Source of the DNA: Macrostomum hystrix
Taxonomy: Eukaryota; Animalia; Platyhelminthes
Assembly (NCBI GenBank): GCA_950097015.1
Contig: CATNEN010000034.1
Location: forward strand, 7,130,001-7,194,000
DNA: 64,000 nucleotides
Direction: 5' to 3'
Under the pieces are notes generated by a model. The model had not been told where the DNA came from and searched no databases. It saw only the letters and a list, made by a program, of their open reading frames with translations. Within the stretch, counting starts at the first letter, position 1. Every line of letters starts with the position of its first letter. Of the stretch, positions 60,206 to 64,000 are shown piece after piece. Position numbers and translations under genes: made by a program.

Positions 60206-61455
60206 CTTAAAGATTAGAAAGACGAATATTAGAATTGATTACTCTCTCTGATCCCGCCACCTCACTCCTCATTCAGCCAACCAGCCACCTAACACCTCAC
60301 CCAGCCACCTCACCCAGCCACCTCACTCCTCACCAAGCCAGCTCACACCTCACCCAGCCACCTCACTCGTCACCCAGCCACCTCACTCCTCACCTAGCCA
60401 CCTCACTCCTCACCAAGCTAGCTCACACCTCACCCAGCCAGCTCACACCTCACCCAGCCACCTCACTCGTCACCCAGCCACCTCACTCCTCACCCAGCCA
60501 CCTCACTCGTCACCCAGCCACCTCACTCCTCACCCAGCCACCTCACTCCTCACCCAGCCACCTAACACCTCACCCAGCCACCTAACACCTCACCCAGCCA
60601 CCTCACTCCTCACCCAGCCACCTCACTCCTCACCCAGCCACCAAACACCTCACCCAGCCAGCTCACTCCGCACCCAGCCACCTCACTCCTCACCCAGCCA
60701 CCTAACACCTCACCCAGCCACCTCACTCCTCACCCAGCCACCTAACACCTGACTCCTCACCCAGCCACCTCACTCCTCACCCAGCCACCTAACACCTGAC
60801 TCCTAACCCAGCCACCTCACTCCTCACCCAGCCACCTCACTCCTCACCCAGCCACCTAACACCTCACCCAGCCACCTCACTCCTCACCCAGCCACCTCAC
60901 ACCTCACCCAGCCACCTCACTCCTCACCCAGCCACCTCACTCCTCACCCAGCCACCTCACTCCTCACCCAGCCTCCTAACACCTCACCCAGCCACCTCAC
61001 TCCTCACCCAGCCACCTAACACCTCACCCAGCCACCTCACTCCTCACCCAGCCACCTCACTCCTCACCCAGCCACCTCACTCCTCACCCAGCCACCTCAC
61101 TCTTCACCCAGTCACCTCACACCTCACCCAGCCACCCAGCCACTCATTCGTCAAAAGTGCGTTAACAAAGTAATAGAGAAATCCAAGTTCGGTCGCTCAC
61201 TTCTTTGGTTTGCCGAATCGATGCCGAACAATAACCAGAACGGCGGCAGCGGCAACGGTAGCCAAGGCCAGCAGGCAGGACAGAATGGCAATCAAGGTCA
61301 TGCTGTCTTCGTTAGACTGCGGGAAGTTAAAAGATATCGACTGGTGGAAATCGAGGATATGTTTTTTTCAAAACCCAAATAGCTAGTACGTACCTTCTGT
61401 TTCTCAACTCCTGGCTGAATACTGGCGTCTTTCTGACGAGGCACTGCGGCAAAAG

Positions 61456-61490
<35 letters not shown>

Positions 61491-63344
61491 GTTTGCTCCT
61501 GAGCGGGTTGATCAGGAAGTTTGGAGCATTCTGAGCCAGAGCAGCTCTGCCCAGTAACCGGATGGCAACCGTAATACGATGGTTTCGGTTGGCAGAACTT
61601 TGAGCAGTCCGGGCCATAGAAGAACTGGTTGCATTGGCGCCATACTGAAACCCGCATCCTGAGGGATTGGTTGATTGACAGGCGTTGAGCAAATGGCCGG
61701 AAAAAAGCTGGGCCAATCAGACATTCGCTCAGTTTATGGATAACTATTAATAAATATTATTATATATATATATAAATACTATCTCAGAGAGAGTCTATAC
61801 ATATTCTCTAAAAGGTGGGGGGTGGCAGAGCGGTTAACACGCTTGCCTCTCGCATCACGGTCCCTGAGCTCGATTCCACAGCGAGGTGACATTCATTTGG
61901 GGTGCAGCTGCGGAGAGAAGGCTTGAAGGCTTGCCGTGCAATTTTATGCCCTTAAGGGCTGAGAAAGTCAGGGCAGGTGTACACACCAGTGTGAGTGTGT
62001 GTACACCTGCCCTGTTACCAGAGGATGTGCCATTGCCCATAGTCCGCCTACAGCTGCTCATATTATTAAGGAAATATCTATAGGCGACTTACTTGATTGA
62101 CAGGGGTGTCAAACGGGACTGTCTCAGCTCGATCACTCTGACTCGCTCACGATCGTCTAGGTCAACTCGCTCATGGAACATGAATGGTCGGGGCAGGTCG
62201 GAGTTCTTGAGTTCAGCATAGAAATCGCCAATATCCTCATACGGCGAGCCCATGTGACAGTCTTTTACTCTGATATCGATCACGACGTCATGCTGCAATT
62301 ATTGTAACATTTTTGCACTCTCATTTAGACAAGTTTGATACGAAACAGCGTCTGGCAATTCAGGTTGTCAGAATCTCAAGAGTGAATGCTTTAGACTAAT
62401 GTCAGGCACCCGATTCCAATGAGCCTCACCGTTAGCTAATCTTAATTTCTAGCGCCGAATCCCTAACCCCGAATCCCTAACCCCGAATCCCTAATCCCAA
62501 ATCCCTAACCCCGAATCCCTAACCCCGAATCCCTAATCCCAAATCCCTAACCCCGAATCCCTAACCCCGAATCCCTAATCCCGAATCCCTAACCCCGAAT
62601 CCCTAACCCCGAATCCCTAATCCCGAATCCCTAACCCCAAACTTCTACTCCCGAATTCCAAACCCCTGAATTCCAAACCCCGAATCCCTAACCCCGAATT
62701 TCTACTCCCGAATTCCAAACCCCGAATCCCTAACCCCGAATCCCTAACCCCGAATCCCTAACCCCGAATCCCAAATCCCGAATCCCTAACCCCGAGTCCA
62801 TGGCTTTAAATCCCTAATCCGAATCTATAAACCCCGAATTTATTATTTCAAATCCCCAAAATTGAATCCTAAGCCACAAATCCTGTATCCTAAATCCCAA
62901 TTCTTAATTTGATTAGAATCTATAACGCCGAACCCACTAAAAAATCCCCTCTCTACTAATACTCAGAATCTCGCGCTAAATTTATGAGCCAATGAGCCTC
63001 AGAGCAAACTGTCCATACTCACAACACCAGACTCCTCAGCAATCTGCAATGGGTTGGTCAGGTTGCTGCCAATCTTGTCGCCAAAGGTGATTTGACTGAC
63101 ATCTTTCAGACAGTCGGATGCGCTGTTCGATTCACCCCTACATTATTTGCGTTTGAAATTTACTTGAATTGTTTAAAAATGCGTCACTTTCTACTGCAAG
63201 TAGGCTAATAAAGGCATACCAATTGCCGCGAACGCGAATTACAAAGGCCGGATCGCACAGCCTGCCACTGTCGCATTTTGAGTGAATTTTTAATAGATTC
63301 TCGTAGTTTTCATAGTGGTCCAGCTTGAGGTAGAATTTCGGGCT
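59824..63344 (-). CDS. Delta/Serrate/LAG-2 (DSL) family type-I membrane protein, 5'-incomplete; complement(join(59824..60205,61201..61316,61394..61658,62093..62292,63023..63137,63220..63344))
   Basis: KFYLKLDHYEN..KCDSGRLCDPAF (MNNL/C2 start), ITFGDKIGSNLTNPL, VVIDIRVKD, six-Cys DSL module CNQFFYGPDCSKFCQPKPSYYGCHPVTGQSCSGSEC, TM LIAILSCLLALATVAAAAVLVIV followed by RHRFGKPKKR, Pro-rich tail. Five GT-AG introns are all phase-consistent (1203 nt). Confidence 0.8.
60255..61140. repeat. 20-bp minisatellite (CCTCACTCCTCACCCAGCCA)
   Basis: About 44 units filling a DSL intron. Confidence 0.95.
61201..61316 (-). CDS. DSL protein exon (transmembrane helix)
   Basis: GCAG|TCT AAC; about 23 hydrophobic residues followed by a basic stop-transfer segment; AA|GTGAGC. 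Confidence 0.82.
61394..61658 (-). CDS. DSL protein exon (DSL domain plus poly-Ala stalk)
   Basis: CTCAG|G ATG CGG; AAG|GTACGT. Confidence 0.83.
61814..62040 (+). mobile_element. tRNA-derived SINE, copy 1, with a perfect 18-bp hairpin
   Basis: A box TGGCAGAGCGG (61823-61833); B-box-like AGCTCGATTCC (61867-61877); homologous to the minus-strand copy at 27040-27271; stem 61969-61986 / 61997-62014. Confidence 0.8.
62093..62292 (-). CDS. DSL protein exon (C2/MNNL end)
   Basis: TTGCAG|CAT GAC; AA|GTAAGT. Confidence 0.8.
62455..62830. repeat. 14-bp repeat (CCCCGAATCCCTAA) containing the telomeric hexamer CCCTAA
   Basis: About 25 units, degenerating toward the 3' end. Confidence 0.92.
63023..63137 (-). 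CDS. DSL protein exon (C2/MNNL middle)
   Basis: TGTAG|G; CLKDVSQITFGDKIGSNLTNPLQ; GTT|GTGAGT. Confidence 0.78.
63220..63344 (-). CDS. DSL protein exon (C2/MNNL start)
   Basis: CCGACAG|AGC CCG AAA TTC; TG|GTATGC. Confidence 0.72.
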
Positions 63345-63454
63345 CTGTCGGAATGGCAGGTGATTAGTTTTTTTTTAATCAGAGACCACTTATCAATAAG
63401 GCGTTGAATCAGCAGATCAGCAACACTGCTTAACATATTGATTACGGGATTCTA

Positions 63455-64000
63455 CTGGTAGATTAGCTACCTAATCTACATATAGAATAGTGAATCTTCT
63501 AGCAGATTAGCTACCTAATCTACATATAGAATAGTGAATCTTCTAGCAGATTAGCTACCTAATCTACATATAGAATAGTGAATCTTCTAGCAGATTAGCT
63601 ACCTACTCCACATATAGAATAGTGAATCTTCTAGTAGATTAGCTACCTACTCCACATATAGAATAGTGAATCTTCTAGTTGATTAACAACCTACTCCACA
63701 TATAGAATAGTGAATCTTCTAGTAGATTAGCTACCTACTCCACATATAGAATAGTGAATCTTCTAGTAGATTAGCGACCTACTCCACATATAGAATAGTG
63801 AATCTTCTAGTAGATTAGCAACCTACTCCACATATAGAATAGTGAATCTTCTAGTAGATTAGCAACCTACTCCACATATAGAATAGTGAATCTTCTAGTA
63901 GATTAGCTACCTACTCTGCATATTGAATAGGGAAATCTACTGGTAGATTGGCTACCTAAGCTACATATAGAATAGTGAATCTACTGGTAGATTAGCTACC
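63455..64000. repeat. 44-bp minisatellite (GTAGATTAGCTACCTAATCTACATATAGAATAGTGAATCTTCTA), runs off the window edge
   Basis: About 12 direct units. Confidence 0.95.

Noticed and set aside
20875-60585. Dozens of long ORFs (up to 573 aa) with repeating peptides such as SNATHS, QCHSL, RERGE, LSPLSS, KLSFP and MVRIEIL
   Set aside because: They coincide exactly with tandem arrays, are open in several frames and on both strands because the units lack stops, and lie in introns. Not antifreeze, mucin or structural genes on present evidence.
61814-61890. Functional tRNA gene (also 27200-27271 on the minus strand)
   Set aside because: A and B boxes are present, but no acceptor stem or cloverleaf can be formed and the sequence continues into a shared non-tRNA body; called SINE instead.
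63380-63436. ATG at about 63436 (minus strand) as the DSL start codon
   Set aside because: It is out of frame with the next exon, has no good donor, and does not encode a convincing signal peptide. The first exon probably lies beyond the window.

Overview
Eukaryotic (animal) genomic DNA with GC-rich exons, AT-rich flanks and very dense intronic minisatellites. The style resembles a free-living flatworm such as Macrostomum, but that is inference only. Four spliced genes were reconstructed by hand with phase-consistent splice sites: (1) a complete GTP-dependent PEPCK on the minus strand (4 coding exons, 633 aa); (2) a complete CEP76 orthologue on the minus strand (5 exons, 690 aa); (3) a TRPC-family channel on the plus strand (7 exons from the ankyrin repeats to the pore helix; no S6/TRP-box exon found in the window); (4) a Delta/Serrate-type (DSL) membrane protein on the minus strand (6 exons; C2/MNNL + DSL + TM + Pro-rich tail, no EGF repeats), apparently nested in a TRPC intron. 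Mobile elements: an intact Tc1 (DD34E) transposon, a TIR-bounded internally deleted tyrosine-recombinase (Crypton-like) element, a 5'-truncated RNase H-bearing non-LTR retrotransposon inserted in a 43-bp satellite with a ~23-bp TSD, and two copies of a tRNA-derived SINE. About 30 distinct tandem arrays account for most of the long low-complexity ORFs in the track; those ORFs are judged artefacts. Exon coordinates were counted by eye; repeat boundaries are approximate.
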